64,000 nucleotides of DNA from positions 61,702 through 125,701 of the forward strand of contig CAYIHX010000005.1 of NCBI GenBank assembly GCA_964363305.1. The letters run 5' to 3'. Shown here one piece after another: positions 46,115 through 54,716 of the stretch; position 1 is the first letter of the stretch, and every line of letters begins with the position of its first letter. The notes under the pieces were generated by a model, which saw nothing but the letters and a program-made list of their open reading frames with translations, ran no database searches and was not told the DNA's origin. The stretch comes from an uncultured Bacteriovoracaceae bacterium. Lineage in GTDB: Bacteria; Bdellovibrionota; UBA1018. The translations under genes and the position numbers were made by a program.

Positions 46115-47565
46115 TCATAGAGCCCTAGGAAATGAAGTGCGGTCGGTGGTTGAATCGTATTCAGTAAGCTTGCGTCTACTCTCTTTGATACCCAAATTCC
46201 GGGTCGGAAATGAGCAAGGGGGAGGACTAGGGCGTCTTCCTTGAGGTTTTTTTCTATTGCTGCGAAGTCCACCTTTTCTTGGTCGAGAATTTTAGAAATT
46301 TTCCCGGTAGGGTCGGGCAATTGAATACCTTCCTTAGACCTGAACATGAATCGGACGTCATCTTCCGGGTATTCCAGCAAGACCCCGGAAGAGAGAGTGA
46401 TGAGATCAACCGCGGGATCCGCTGGGTCTGAAAAATGACGAAATAATTCCTGGGGGCGAATCGGAATCTCGATCAAGTGAATCTTGTTTTTCGAGCAGAC
46501 GCTTCTGAGTGCGTCAAAAAATGACATAATTGCTTTGTTTTGGGTGGTTCGAACCCCAATACGAAGTGTTTTCGTCGCTGTTGGGCGGATCCTTGCCTCG
46601 GCGTGGGAGTGCTGCGCTTCTGGAGAAACGGGGAGGAGTCGATCCGGGATGAGGATATTTCGGATTCGTATCTCACCGGCAATCGCGTCGAAGAGCCAGC
46701 GCCGGTTTTCTTGGCTGGCGCAGAAGGATTGAATGTCATGACTCGAAACACAGCGCACGAAGCTGAAGTTTGAAACGGCGCCGCCGAGAAATGAATACTT
46801 CGATTTTTCCGGCATGGACAGGATGTCGAGGTCGGTTCCTGGAATCACATCGGAAGAACCGGATTCTTGCTGGGAAACAGCAATTTCGTGTGGCGATTTC
46901 GGATGCCTCCAGTCAGACGGAAAGGCGGAGAGATCTCGGAGTTCGAGGGTGTAAGAATTTTGAGTCCAACTCTTGATGCGGTAGGGTCCGGAGGCGATTG
47001 CAGTTTGGGGGTTTCGCCATGTCAGCGATTTTGGATCAAAGTCTTTCTCGGAACAAATGGCATATTGCCCGAAAGAAAGAAAATCGAGAAGACGTGGGAT
47101 AGGTTTCTTGAGCTGAATCTCGAGGGTAAATTTCTTGTCGTCGGCTTTAAATTTCGCCACGTGTTCGAGAAAACCGGCATTTGATTTTTTCCGAGCGAGA
47201 ACGGCCGAAGCGCGTCTCCAGCACTTCTCGATCGACGAAGGCAGGAGGGGTTCACCGTCATCAAAGTGTAGTCCTGAGCGGATATGGAATAACCATCGGA
47301 GGCCGTCTGGCCCGACCTGCCACGAGGAGGCAATCATTCCCGTGGGCTCGCCGAGTTTGTACTGTGTGACGAGGGTAGCGAGAACAGGCGACTGAGTCAC
47401 GTGGTGGACATGATAGTCAAATTCAAGTGGGTCGGTGGAAAAAGGCATGGACTCGAGCCTTACCTGGAGAGGCTGAGTATCGTGCCGTTCAGAGGTGCAG
47501 TGTGTCGTCGTTAGAAATATTAAGGAGAGGATACCGATTGAAAGCCCGAATCGCGCATTTTCCAT
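46111..47565 (-). CDS. Family-5 extracellular solute-binding protein (peptide/oligopeptide SBP type), secreted
   Basis: Signal peptide MENARFGLSIGILSLIFLTTTHC and SBP_bac_5 architecture over about 484 aa. No adjacent ABC permease or ATPase genes. Confidence 0.7.
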   Translation of the reverse strand: MENARFGLSIGILSLIFLTTTHCTSERHDTQPLQVRLESMPFSTDPLEFDYHVHHVTQSPVLATLVTQYKLGEPTGMIASSWQVGPDGLRWLFHIRSGLHFDDGEPLLPSSIEKCWRRASAVLARKKSNAGFLEHVAKFKADDKKFTLEIQLKKPIPRLLDFLSFGQYAICSEKDFDPKSLTWRNPQTAIASGPYRIKSWTQNSYTLELRDLSAFPSDWRHPKSPHEIAVSQQESGSSDVIPGTDLDILSMPEKSKYSFLGGAVSNFSFVRCVSSHDIQSFCASQENRRWLFDAIAGEIRIRNILIPDRLLPVSPEAQHSHAEARIRPTATKTLRIGVRTTQNKAIMSFFDALRSVCSKNKIHLIEIPIRPQELFRHFSDPADPAVDLITLSSGVLLEYPEDDVRFMFRSKEGIQLPDPTGKISKILDQEKVDFAAIEKNLKEDALVLPLAHFRPGIWVSKRVDASLLNTIQPPTALHFLGLYE

Positions 47566-47763
47566 GTGTGTGAAGTATGCACCCTACGAGCGATGAATAC
47601 CCCAGCATTTTCTGAGCCAGAACCTTCGCTTTTTGTACTTTCTGAAACACTTTGCGTGAGTGGATGAAGTTTCTCGCTCGCTTGCGAGAGTCCAAAAAAA
47701 GACAATAAAACCAAAAGATAAGGAGAAGATAGCTTCTCATGTCTGACCTCGGGAGTTGGTTTA

Positions 47764-48930
47764 TTGCATTTAATGCGATATGTCAAATTTGTGTTTTTTC
47801 CAGAACGTCGGCTCCCGATAGGTAGGCGCTCTCTATTGGCCTTTTTGGCAATTGTATTGCTTGGGCTTCTTTCAATTGCGTCGATTCGCTTTGATCAGAT
47901 TCGAGAGGGAGACCAGCTCGAGCTGGTTCTTCCTCGCGCCATTCGAGGTGCGTTAGATAACTCGACTCGGCCTTCCGATCTGATTGTTTCCGTGGGGCGG
48001 ACGCTCGATATTTTTCATTGGAAACGGGTAGAGATTTGGAAAAAAGACGAGCTGCTCTTTGAGAGAAGGAGGGGTTGGAGTTTACCCGTGTTTTTGCTTC
48101 GGGAACTGAGAATTCAGCCTACGCCAAGTGATCCCCAGTTATTTCTCAAGGTTTGGATTCCGCCTAACTTTGAAAATGGTTTCGTTTTTTCTCTGTTTAT
48201 CGTTTTAGCCGCTGCGGGAGTTTGGATCATTGTCCGGTTGCAGTTTGAATGGAACGAGCGGTTGATGGCGGCGCGGGCTGAGTACTTTCATTTGGCGAAG
48301 CAAACCGCTCATGATTTGCGGTCGCCTGTCGGCGCATTGAGGATACTGGTCCGGTCGGCCGGGGGCAGCATAGAGCCAGAGCTTCGCACACTATTGGAAT
48401 CCGCTGTCCGTAGTATCGGACAGATTTCTGATTCCCTGCTCTTGAAGTCCAATGCCTCGCGGGGCGCCAGTATTTCTGAAATTGAATTGCAGCTACGAAA
48501 GGTGATTGATCTTAAGAAGCTGGAATGGAGCTTGGGGCCGAGCATTGCTATGGAGGTCGAACACGAGATAGCCGACGCCACTACCTGTTTTAGGATGCCA
48601 CACGGCGGGCTGGATTCGATTCTTTCCAATCTTCTCAATAACGCGAAGGAGGCGGGGCATCCATTGGATCGACCGATTTTGGTTCGGATGGTGAGTTCGG
48701 CGGGTGAGCTACGGGTTGAAGTGGTTGATGCCGGGAAGGGAATTCCTGTGGGAGTGTTGAAGTCTCTTCTGAAGGGTGAAAGCGGGGTATCGACCAAGCA
48801 ATCCGGAAATGGATTGGGTTTGTCAGGTGCCATGAAAAAGATGAGAGAGGTCGATGGTCGGCTCGAACTCGATTCGGAGGACGGAGTGGGTACTCGAGTT
48901 CGGCTGTATTTTTCAGAGAATGGAGTTTGA
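47764..48930 (+). CDS. Sensor histidine kinase with periplasmic loop (orphan; no adjacent response regulator)
   Basis: Two TM segments flank a loop of about 120 aa. H-box AHDLRSPVGAL, N-box LSNLLNNAKEAG and G-boxes DAGKGIP / GNGLGLS. Confidence 0.75.
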   Translation: MHLMRYVKFVFFPERRLPIGRRSLLAFLAIVLLGLLSIASIRFDQIREGDQLELVLPRAIRGALDNSTRPSDLIVSVGRTLDIFHWKRVEIWKKDELLFERRRGWSLPVFLLRELRIQPTPSDPQLFLKVWIPPNFENGFVFSLFIVLAAAGVWIIVRLQFEWNERLMAARAEYFHLAKQTAHDLRSPVGALRILVRSAGGSIEPELRTLLESAVRSIGQISDSLLLKSNASRGASISEIELQLRKVIDLKKLEWSLGPSIAMEVEHEIADATTCFRMPHGGLDSILSNLLNNAKEAGHPLDRPILVRMVSSAGELRVEVVDAGKGIPVGVLKSLLKGESGVSTKQSGNGLGLSGAMKKMREVDGRLELDSEDGVGTRVRLYFSENGV

Positions 48931-48989
48931 TCGGGATTTTCCGTATTTAGGAATTGGCGATCGGGCCCTGATTTGAGACGAGAGGAAGT

Positions 48990-49958
48990 ATGAGTTCTGG
49001 AAAACCCATCTTAGTCACCGGCTCCTCCGGCTTCATCGGGACCCATCTGGTGAGCCTGCTCTCCGCCCAGGGCGCCACGGTGACAGGCTTTGATCTGAAG
49101 CCAGCGACGGCTTCGGGCTATCGCGCAGTCGAAGGGGACCTCCGCAAGCTGACGTCCGCCGGATGGGATGATTTGCTTTCGGGCGTCTCGGCGGTGTTTC
49201 ATTTGGCGGCGACGGTGAGTATTCCGGCTTGCCAGGAAGACCCGATCGCGAGTGAAGAGAATAATGTCGCCGTGACGCTGCGGCTTCTCGATGCTTTGCG
49301 GAGGCAGAAGACTCGGTCCGGGGAGTGCGCGCGTTTCTACTTTGCGAGCTCGGCGGCGATCTATGGCGCTCGGGGCGACTCCGGGGATGCTTTGCGTGAA
49401 GAGGATGTCCCAGATCGATTTCTTTCGTTCTACGCGGCTCAGAAAGGGGCGAGCGAACAGCTGGCCCATCAGTACGCGGAACATTTTGCGATTCCGGCGC
49501 TGTCGTTTCGCTTCTTCAATGTGTACGGCGCGGGACAGGACCCGGTTTCGCCGTATTCGGGCGTGATTTCGCGATTTTTGCATTTTCTGGCTCAGGGGCA
49601 GCCGCTCGTTTTACAAGGGGGCGGCAAGGCGGTTCGAGATTTTATTCAGGTGTCCGACCTCGTGGGCGCGATAGTGCGGGCGCTGGATGTTCCCGTGGCT
49701 CAGATGAAGGGGCAGGCCGTGAATCTGGCCAGCGGAACCAGCGTGTCGATTCGAGAGATGGCCGAGGCTTTTGAGCGGATCGTGAAGGCCGCAGGTCGCC
49801 CCTGGCCGGGATTTCAGGAGGCTCCTCCTCGGGGGGGCGATGTTCGATTTTCGCGCGCGGATCTCACGCGCTGCCGCTCCCTGCTCGGTCAGGCGCAGCC
49901 TCATTCTCTCGAGGCGGGCTTGCGGGAGCTGCTTGCGGGGGAATCCGGCGCTTGCTAA
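48990..49958 (+). CDS. NAD-dependent epimerase/dehydratase (UDP-sugar 4-epimerase-like)
   Basis: ILVTGSSGFIGTHLVSLL Rossmann motif. A YxxxK segment (YAAQKGASEQ) is present. Confidence 0.8.
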   Translation: MSSGKPILVTGSSGFIGTHLVSLLSAQGATVTGFDLKPATASGYRAVEGDLRKLTSAGWDDLLSGVSAVFHLAATVSIPACQEDPIASEENNVAVTLRLLDALRRQKTRSGECARFYFASSAAIYGARGDSGDALREEDVPDRFLSFYAAQKGASEQLAHQYAEHFAIPALSFRFFNVYGAGQDPVSPYSGVISRFLHFLAQGQPLVLQGGGKAVRDFIQVSDLVGAIVRALDVPVAQMKGQAVNLASGTSVSIREMAEAFERIVKAAGRPWPGFQEAPPRGGDVRFSRADLTRCRSLLGQAQPHSLEAGLRELLAGESGAC

Positions 49959-49973
49959 CTTGCCTTTAGACCT

Positions 49974-50066
49974 ATGAATGTCACCCCGCTGAAGAATGCA
50001 TATGCGTCGTTGGAAGAAGTTTTGGCTCAGCCCTATAACGACTTTATTCGAGACGCGAGAGTATGA
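49974..50066 (+). pseudogene. Possible 30-codon remnant of a HEPN (HI0074-like NTase-substrate-binding) gene
   Basis: MNVTPLKNAYASLEEVLAQPYNDFIRDARV* resembles the N-terminus of HI0074-family proteins (...kkAlerLeEal...iirDa..) but stops after 30 codons. Its stop overlaps the MNT start (ATGA). Confidence 0.25.
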
Positions 50067-50347
50067 ACGATCAGGTGGCAGGATCAGGAGTGACTCCGCC
50101 GCAGCGAGATCTCATTCTCAAGTCAAAAGTGCTCCTGTTCGGCTCGCGCGCCAAAGGCTCGGCGCGGCAGTATTCAGATTTGGATCTCGCCCTCCAACCC
50201 AGTCGGTCGCTCACTTCAGCGCAGCTGCGGGCCATTCGAGAAATTTTTTCAGAGAGCGATCTCCCTTTTTTGGTCGACTTGGTGATATGGGAGGATCTGG
50301 ATCCCGAATTTCAGAAGTTGATTGAGCGGGAGTGTGTCGAGTTTTAA
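50063..50347 (+). CDS. Minimal nucleotidyltransferase (MNT/MntA-like, Pol-beta superfamily)
   Basis: LLFGSRAKGSARQYSDLDLAL is the GS-x(n)-D-x-D NTase motif, about 94 aa. Confidence 0.7.
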   Translation: MNDQVAGSGVTPPQRDLILKSKVLLFGSRAKGSARQYSDLDLALQPSRSLTSAQLRAIREIFSESDLPFLVDLVIWEDLDPEFQKLIERECVEF

Positions 50348-50367
50348 AGTTTCGGGGGTTTTCTCGG

Positions 50368-51159
50368 TTACCGACTCGCCCGAATCAGTCCAACCCCTTC
50401 GGGGGATGAGTTTTCAAGGAAATGCCGAAAGCCAGCCTTCTGGAGCCTGCGCAGGACGCGATCGTGGGCTCCCGGGCGTAGATTGTCGTGAAATTCTACC
50501 GCAATTTTTCGGACTCGTTCGAGGGCGGCATCAAGGGCCCCTTCGAGGATCTCGATTTCCGCGCCTTCGGTGTCGATTTTGAGGAATGAAACCGGGCCGT
50601 CAGGAACGCGACTCAGGGCTTCTTCGAGAGTAATGCATGGAACGGTTTCAGTGGTGGCTTCGGCCGAGTGGCCAAAAATGGAACGATTGCCGCTTTCGGC
50701 ATTCTGATCGAGGCGTAGCTCGCCCTTCCGGTCGAAGACGGCATCGTTGAAGCTCTGTACTTGCGTTTGCAGGTGATTGGTTTCGATGTTCTCTCGAAGA
50801 CGTTGGAAACTCGAGCGGCCGGGCTCGAAGCAGTAGAGGAGGGTTTGTGGTTCCAGCCATTGGAAGTAAAGCATGAACATCCCGATGTTGGCCCCAATGT
50901 CGACGATGATGTCTCCGGGGCGCGGCCGGTAAAAGTTTTTTTTGAGGTAGCAGTCTTCGAGAAAAATCTCGGAGAAGAGAAACCACGGAAGGTCTTGGCT
51001 GCCGTGGTGAATGATTTTTCCGTCTCGCAGGCGAAGTTCGGGGAGCGGTTTTTTTACGCGGTTGCTGATCCAGACGGGCGCCCAATTTTTTAAGATCTGG
51101 ATGGTTTTGATTTTATAGCGGATGCGTTCGCTCAGGGTCAGCGGCATGGCTCTAGCCAT
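50368..51159 (-). CDS. FkbM-family methyltransferase
   Basis: IIVDIGANIGMFMLYF and EPGRSSFQRLREN. An internal Met (about 51159) is the likely start, divergent from the GT2 gene at 51189. Confidence 0.65.
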   Translation of the reverse strand: MARAMPLTLSERIRYKIKTIQILKNWAPVWISNRVKKPLPELRLRDGKIIHHGSQDLPWFLFSEIFLEDCYLKKNFYRPRPGDIIVDIGANIGMFMLYFQWLEPQTLLYCFEPGRSSFQRLRENIETNHLQTQVQSFNDAVFDRKGELRLDQNAESGNRSIFGHSAEATTETVPCITLEEALSRVPDGPVSFLKIDTEGAEIEILEGALDAALERVRKIAVEFHDNLRPGAHDRVLRRLQKAGFRHFLENSSPEGVGLIRASR

Positions 51160-51188
51160 AACATGAGGTTCAGCGGTAGTGTGAGGCC

Positions 51189-52064
51189 TTGATGCAGCCC
51201 GATAGAAAATCTCCTCTGATCTCTGCTGTTCTGCCGAGCCGAAACGGGGCCCGTTATCTGGCGTCCTCGATCGAGAGCATTCTGGCCCAGACCTATCGTA
51301 ATTTCGAGTTGATTTTAGTGGATGACGGATCGATGGATTCAACTCCGCAGATCATGCGAAAGTATGCCGAAGCCGACTCGCGAGTGAGGTTTGAGCCCAA
51401 TCCGACAAACCTGCGGCTCCCTCTGAGTTTGAATCGAGGATTCGCCTTTGCGCGAGGGGAGTGGCTGACTTGGACATCGGATGACAACCTCTATCTGCCA
51501 ACGGCGTTTGAGAGGCTCATCACGACGGCTCTGACCACCGATGCGGATGTGGTTTACGCCGATATGCAGAATATGGATGACGGCGGCGCGGTCACTGGCC
51601 CTGGCTTGACGGGTGAGCCTGTGGATATGTGGGCGGGAAATCCGGTGGGGGCGTGCTTTCTCTATCGCAAAGAGGTGCAGGAGAGTCTCGGCGGCTATGA
51701 TGATTCGATGCGTTTGGCGGAAGATTATGATTTTTTTCTTCGGGCCTCGACCCGGTTTAAGTTTCATCACCTCCGAGAGGTGCTTTATCTTTATCGTCTT
51801 CACTCCGGAGCCCTGACTTCAACTCATCAGCATTTGACCGGCAAGATGGCGGATCTGGCCTTAGAACGATCGTTGAAAAAGATGACCTGGCTCGGGTTGG
51901 ATCGACAGATGGAAGGACGGTTTCGCCTTGGGGTGCTCGGATGGAAGCGGCGGGACTGGTGTCAAGTAGCGCGGCAACTGGGGCCGATCCTTTTTGATTT
52001 CCCCCGGGCGGGCAGGGTCATTTTAAGGAAGTGGTCTCGAAGGTCGAGGCGCCTGAGGTCGTGA
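51189..52064 (+). CDS. Family 2 glycosyltransferase
   Basis: ISAVLPSRNGARYLASSIESILAQTY...LILVDDGSMD...TSDDNL are GT2 DxD-type motifs. Confidence 0.7.
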   Translation: MMQPDRKSPLISAVLPSRNGARYLASSIESILAQTYRNFELILVDDGSMDSTPQIMRKYAEADSRVRFEPNPTNLRLPLSLNRGFAFARGEWLTWTSDDNLYLPTAFERLITTALTTDADVVYADMQNMDDGGAVTGPGLTGEPVDMWAGNPVGACFLYRKEVQESLGGYDDSMRLAEDYDFFLRASTRFKFHHLREVLYLYRLHSGALTSTHQHLTGKMADLALERSLKKMTWLGLDRQMEGRFRLGVLGWKRRDWCQVARQLGPILFDFPRAGRVILRKWSRRSRRLRS

Positions 52065-53232
52065 TGAGTTGCCGGGTGCGGTAAAACTCAAAATGCGCCA
52101 GCGCCGTCTTCCGCACGGAGTACTGTGCCGCATAGGCTTTTGCCTGGGTGCGAAGCTGATCGCGTGACGATGCTTGAGACAGGGTTTCGAGCAGCGTCTG
52201 TTCGGAGAGAAAACGCAGACACCCGGGCACGCGGGCTTCCAGCTCGCGATTGAGCGGAAGGTCGCTGGCAAGGACGGGCGCTCCGTAGCTGAGGGCGGTG
52301 GGAATCGACCCGGAGCCGGTGGTTTCGCGAAAAGGGGCGAGCACGAGCGAGGCCTTCGTGAGGAGTGCGGGAAGATCGGCCGCGTCGAGGAAGCCGGTGA
52401 GATCGAGTCGATCGCGCACGCCGAGGCGTTCGGCGAGGGCGAGGCAGGTCTCCAGATAAGCTTGATCGTCCGGAGTGCGCGCTTCGCCCGCGAAAATGAG
52501 GCGAGCTTCGGGGAGTTGCGCGCGAGTCTTCGCGAAGAGCTCGATGGCGAGATCGTGTCCCTTGCTCGGAGTGATGAAGCCGAAGATGACGAGATGGGGG
52601 CCGTGGCCCTGGGCGAAGATTTTTTCGAGCTCGTGGGGAAGGGGTCGGAGCGGCAGCGGATCGGGAACGTAGTGAGGGATGCAATACGCACGGGCGTAGG
52701 GGCGAACCCAAGGCAGCTGCAGCTCGGAATGCACGAGAACGCCGTCGAGCGGTCCCCAGGATTTTTCGCGCCATGACTGTCCCAGGTAGGACAGGAGAAA
52801 GAGGTTGAACAAGGAGCGCGCGATTTTACCCTTCCAGGTGCCGTGAATGGGGAAGCGGTAATCGGGAGGGATGACCGTGTGAGCGGTCGCGATGATTTTT
52901 GCGCCAGGGAGCTGGGACCGTAGACTCCGGATGAACTCCGGGAAGCGGTACGCGGGCGGATTCTTCCCGCCCCAGTGACCGAACTCGTGCTGGATGTGGA
53001 TGAGCGTCGGGCGGTGCCGGACGATGGCTTCGATCAGTACGTCGTTGGAGAGATCCCGGTGTTCGCCGATGGCGTCGGTGGCCACTAGCTGGGCGGTCAC
53101 TCCGTGCTCGCCTGCCGCGCGCTCGATGGCGGGAAAGAGGCCGTGCGAGTAGGTCGAGATGCCGCTGCGGCTGTGCCAGGGGGAGACCCAGCACAGAGTG
53201 ATCCGATCCCTTTTTGATGCTTGTTGCGTCAT
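52018..53232 (-). CDS. Family 1 (GT4-like) glycosyltransferase
   Basis: GT-B C-terminal region (LAPFRETTGSGSIPTALSYGAPVLASDLP), about 404 aa. The many overlapping antisense ORFs here are GC-frame artefacts. Confidence 0.65.
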   Translation of the reverse strand: MTQQASKRDRITLCWVSPWHSRSGISTYSHGLFPAIERAAGEHGVTAQLVATDAIGEHRDLSNDVLIEAIVRHRPTLIHIQHEFGHWGGKNPPAYRFPEFIRSLRSQLPGAKIIATAHTVIPPDYRFPIHGTWKGKIARSLFNLFLLSYLGQSWREKSWGPLDGVLVHSELQLPWVRPYARAYCIPHYVPDPLPLRPLPHELEKIFAQGHGPHLVIFGFITPSKGHDLAIELFAKTRAQLPEARLIFAGEARTPDDQAYLETCLALAERLGVRDRLDLTGFLDAADLPALLTKASLVLAPFRETTGSGSIPTALSYGAPVLASDLPLNRELEARVPGCLRFLSEQTLLETLSQASSRDQLRTQAKAYAAQYSVRKTALAHFEFYRTRQLITTSGASTFETTSLK

Positions 53233-53300
53233 AATTGAGGCAGCCTAGTACGGTCCGGTGGATCTCTCAAGTCTTGAGAGTCTGAGGAGGGGTTGTTAGG

Positions 53301-54716
53301 TTGCGAGGGCCCATGAACACGAAAAAGAGAAATGAAGCCATCCCGTATTTTTTCTTCAGTCTGCTGGCGTTCATTTTTTTGGTGGAGGTGCCCGTCTTTG
53401 TGAATTACGGGCGTGCTTGTTTCAATTTGTGGGACTTGGGAATTTATTCTCAGGCGTTGGGGCAGATTTCGTGGAGTGATTTGAATCCCCTGATCACGGC
53501 TCGGGGAATTCGGATTTTTAATGATCACTTTGATCCCATTCTTCTGCTTGCTGCCCCGTTGGCCCATATTATGGATGCAGGGCGAGCCGCGCTATGGGTT
53601 GAGTTTATGTTTGTGATGGCGGCGGCGGGGGTTCTGTTCGCTTTGGCCACCAAAAGAGAGTGGAACCCGACGACGCTGCTCCTTCTCCTGATTGTTTTTT
53701 TGTTTGGGGGGACGATCTCCTCAGCGGTGAGTTTTCCTGTTCATCCAGGGGCCTGGGCAGTTTTTCCTCTTCTTTTGCTGAGTGTGTCGCTTGTTTACGA
53801 GAGACCCATTCCGATTCTCGCGTCCCTCCTTTTTCTGTTTCTGTTCAAGGAGGAGTTCCCCTTTCTGGGAATAGCCCTGGCCATCACATTTTTTTTGCGG
53901 CGTCGGTTTTTACTCGGAGTGGGCATACTGACCATGTCCTTGGGTTGGTTGTGGCTTGTTTTTTCAGCGAGAGAGGCCATCGTCGGGCCGATCGTGCACT
54001 ATCCTTCGGTTCTCGCCGAGGGCTGGCTTGAGTCGCCCATTCAAAAGATCAGCAGTTTTCTTTTCAGTTCAGGTCGATGGAAGACAAATTTGAGTCTCCT
54101 GGCGCCGTTCGTTCCGTTAGCAGTTTGGTCGTATCGGTCGAAAATGAAATTTCACTGGGGATTGCTTGCGCTCTTTGTCGTTCATTTCGGAATTCGCCTG
54201 GTCAGTCAGCGATGGGGGTACCACTACGAGTGCACTTTGGCGGCTCTTTTGATCGGTGCTTCATTGCCGCTGGCGTTTCAGCAGGAGGATGCACCTTCGC
54301 GGTGGGTTTGGGCTTCGACGCTGATGCTCCTCCTGGCCGTTCAAGCGCCCTTTATCGGGAGGTACTCGGGGAGGACGCTCTTTCGAGGAGGATTGGCTCG
54401 TTGTCCGGCTGATCCGGTACGTTTACTGGAGCTCGAAGAGCTGCGTGTTCGTCTGAAAAACTCGGAGGGAACTCCCGTGATGGCCATGGGAAATCTTTTT
54501 CCGATGCTGGCCTACCGGGGCGCGTTTGTTCTTCCCATGGAGACGCGTACTCTTCCGAATCCACCCTTCTGGGTAGCGTTAGAAAAGGAGCCAACTGGAG
54601 ACCCATGGCCGGTCGGCTACGACGGGATTGAGCGTATGCTGAACCAATTTGGGAAGCAGTACTCAGCTGAAGTGCTTCTCGATGGACGGTTTGTGAAGCT
54701 CGTTCGATTCAATTGA
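53301..54716 (+). CDS. Polytopic membrane protein, DUF2079-like (putative GT-C-type glycosyltransferase)
   Basis: About 11 TM helices. The N-terminal segment NLWDLGIYSQALGQISWSDLNP...FNDHFDPILLLAAP resembles DUF2079 proteins. Confidence 0.5.
   Translation: MRGPMNTKKRNEAIPYFFFSLLAFIFLVEVPVFVNYGRACFNLWDLGIYSQALGQISWSDLNPLITARGIRIFNDHFDPILLLAAPLAHIMDAGRAALWVEFMFVMAAAGVLFALATKREWNPTTLLLLLIVFLFGGTISSAVSFPVHPGAWAVFPLLLLSVSLVYERPIPILASLLFLFLFKEEFPFLGIALAITFFLRRRFLLGVGILTMSLGWLWLVFSAREAIVGPIVHYPSVLAEGWLESPIQKISSFLFSSGRWKTNLSLLAPFVPLAVWSYRSKMKFHWGLLALFVVHFGIRLVSQRWGYHYECTLAALLIGASLPLAFQQEDAPSRWVWASTLMLLLAVQAPFIGRYSGRTLFRGGLARCPADPVRLLELEELRVRLKNSEGTPVMAMGNLFPMLAYRGAFVLPMETRTLPNPPFWVALEKEPTGDPWPVGYDGIERMLNQFGKQYSAEVLLDGRFVKLVRFN

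Noticed and set aside
47489-47786. Two small minus-strand ORFs (83 and 88 aa) upstream of the SBP gene, considered as possible YcaO precursor peptides
   Set aside because: They overlap the SBP 5' end and the promoter region in other frames, have no leader/core-like composition, and one runs into the kinase start. They are probably spurious, though a real short peptide gene here cannot be excluded without a dedicated search.
52023-52776. Several long overlapping ORFs (up to 228 aa, on both strands) inside the GT4 gene
   Set aside because: They are Arg/Ala/Pro-rich alternative frames typical of GC-rich DNA. The GT4 frame has recognisable glycosyltransferase motifs.
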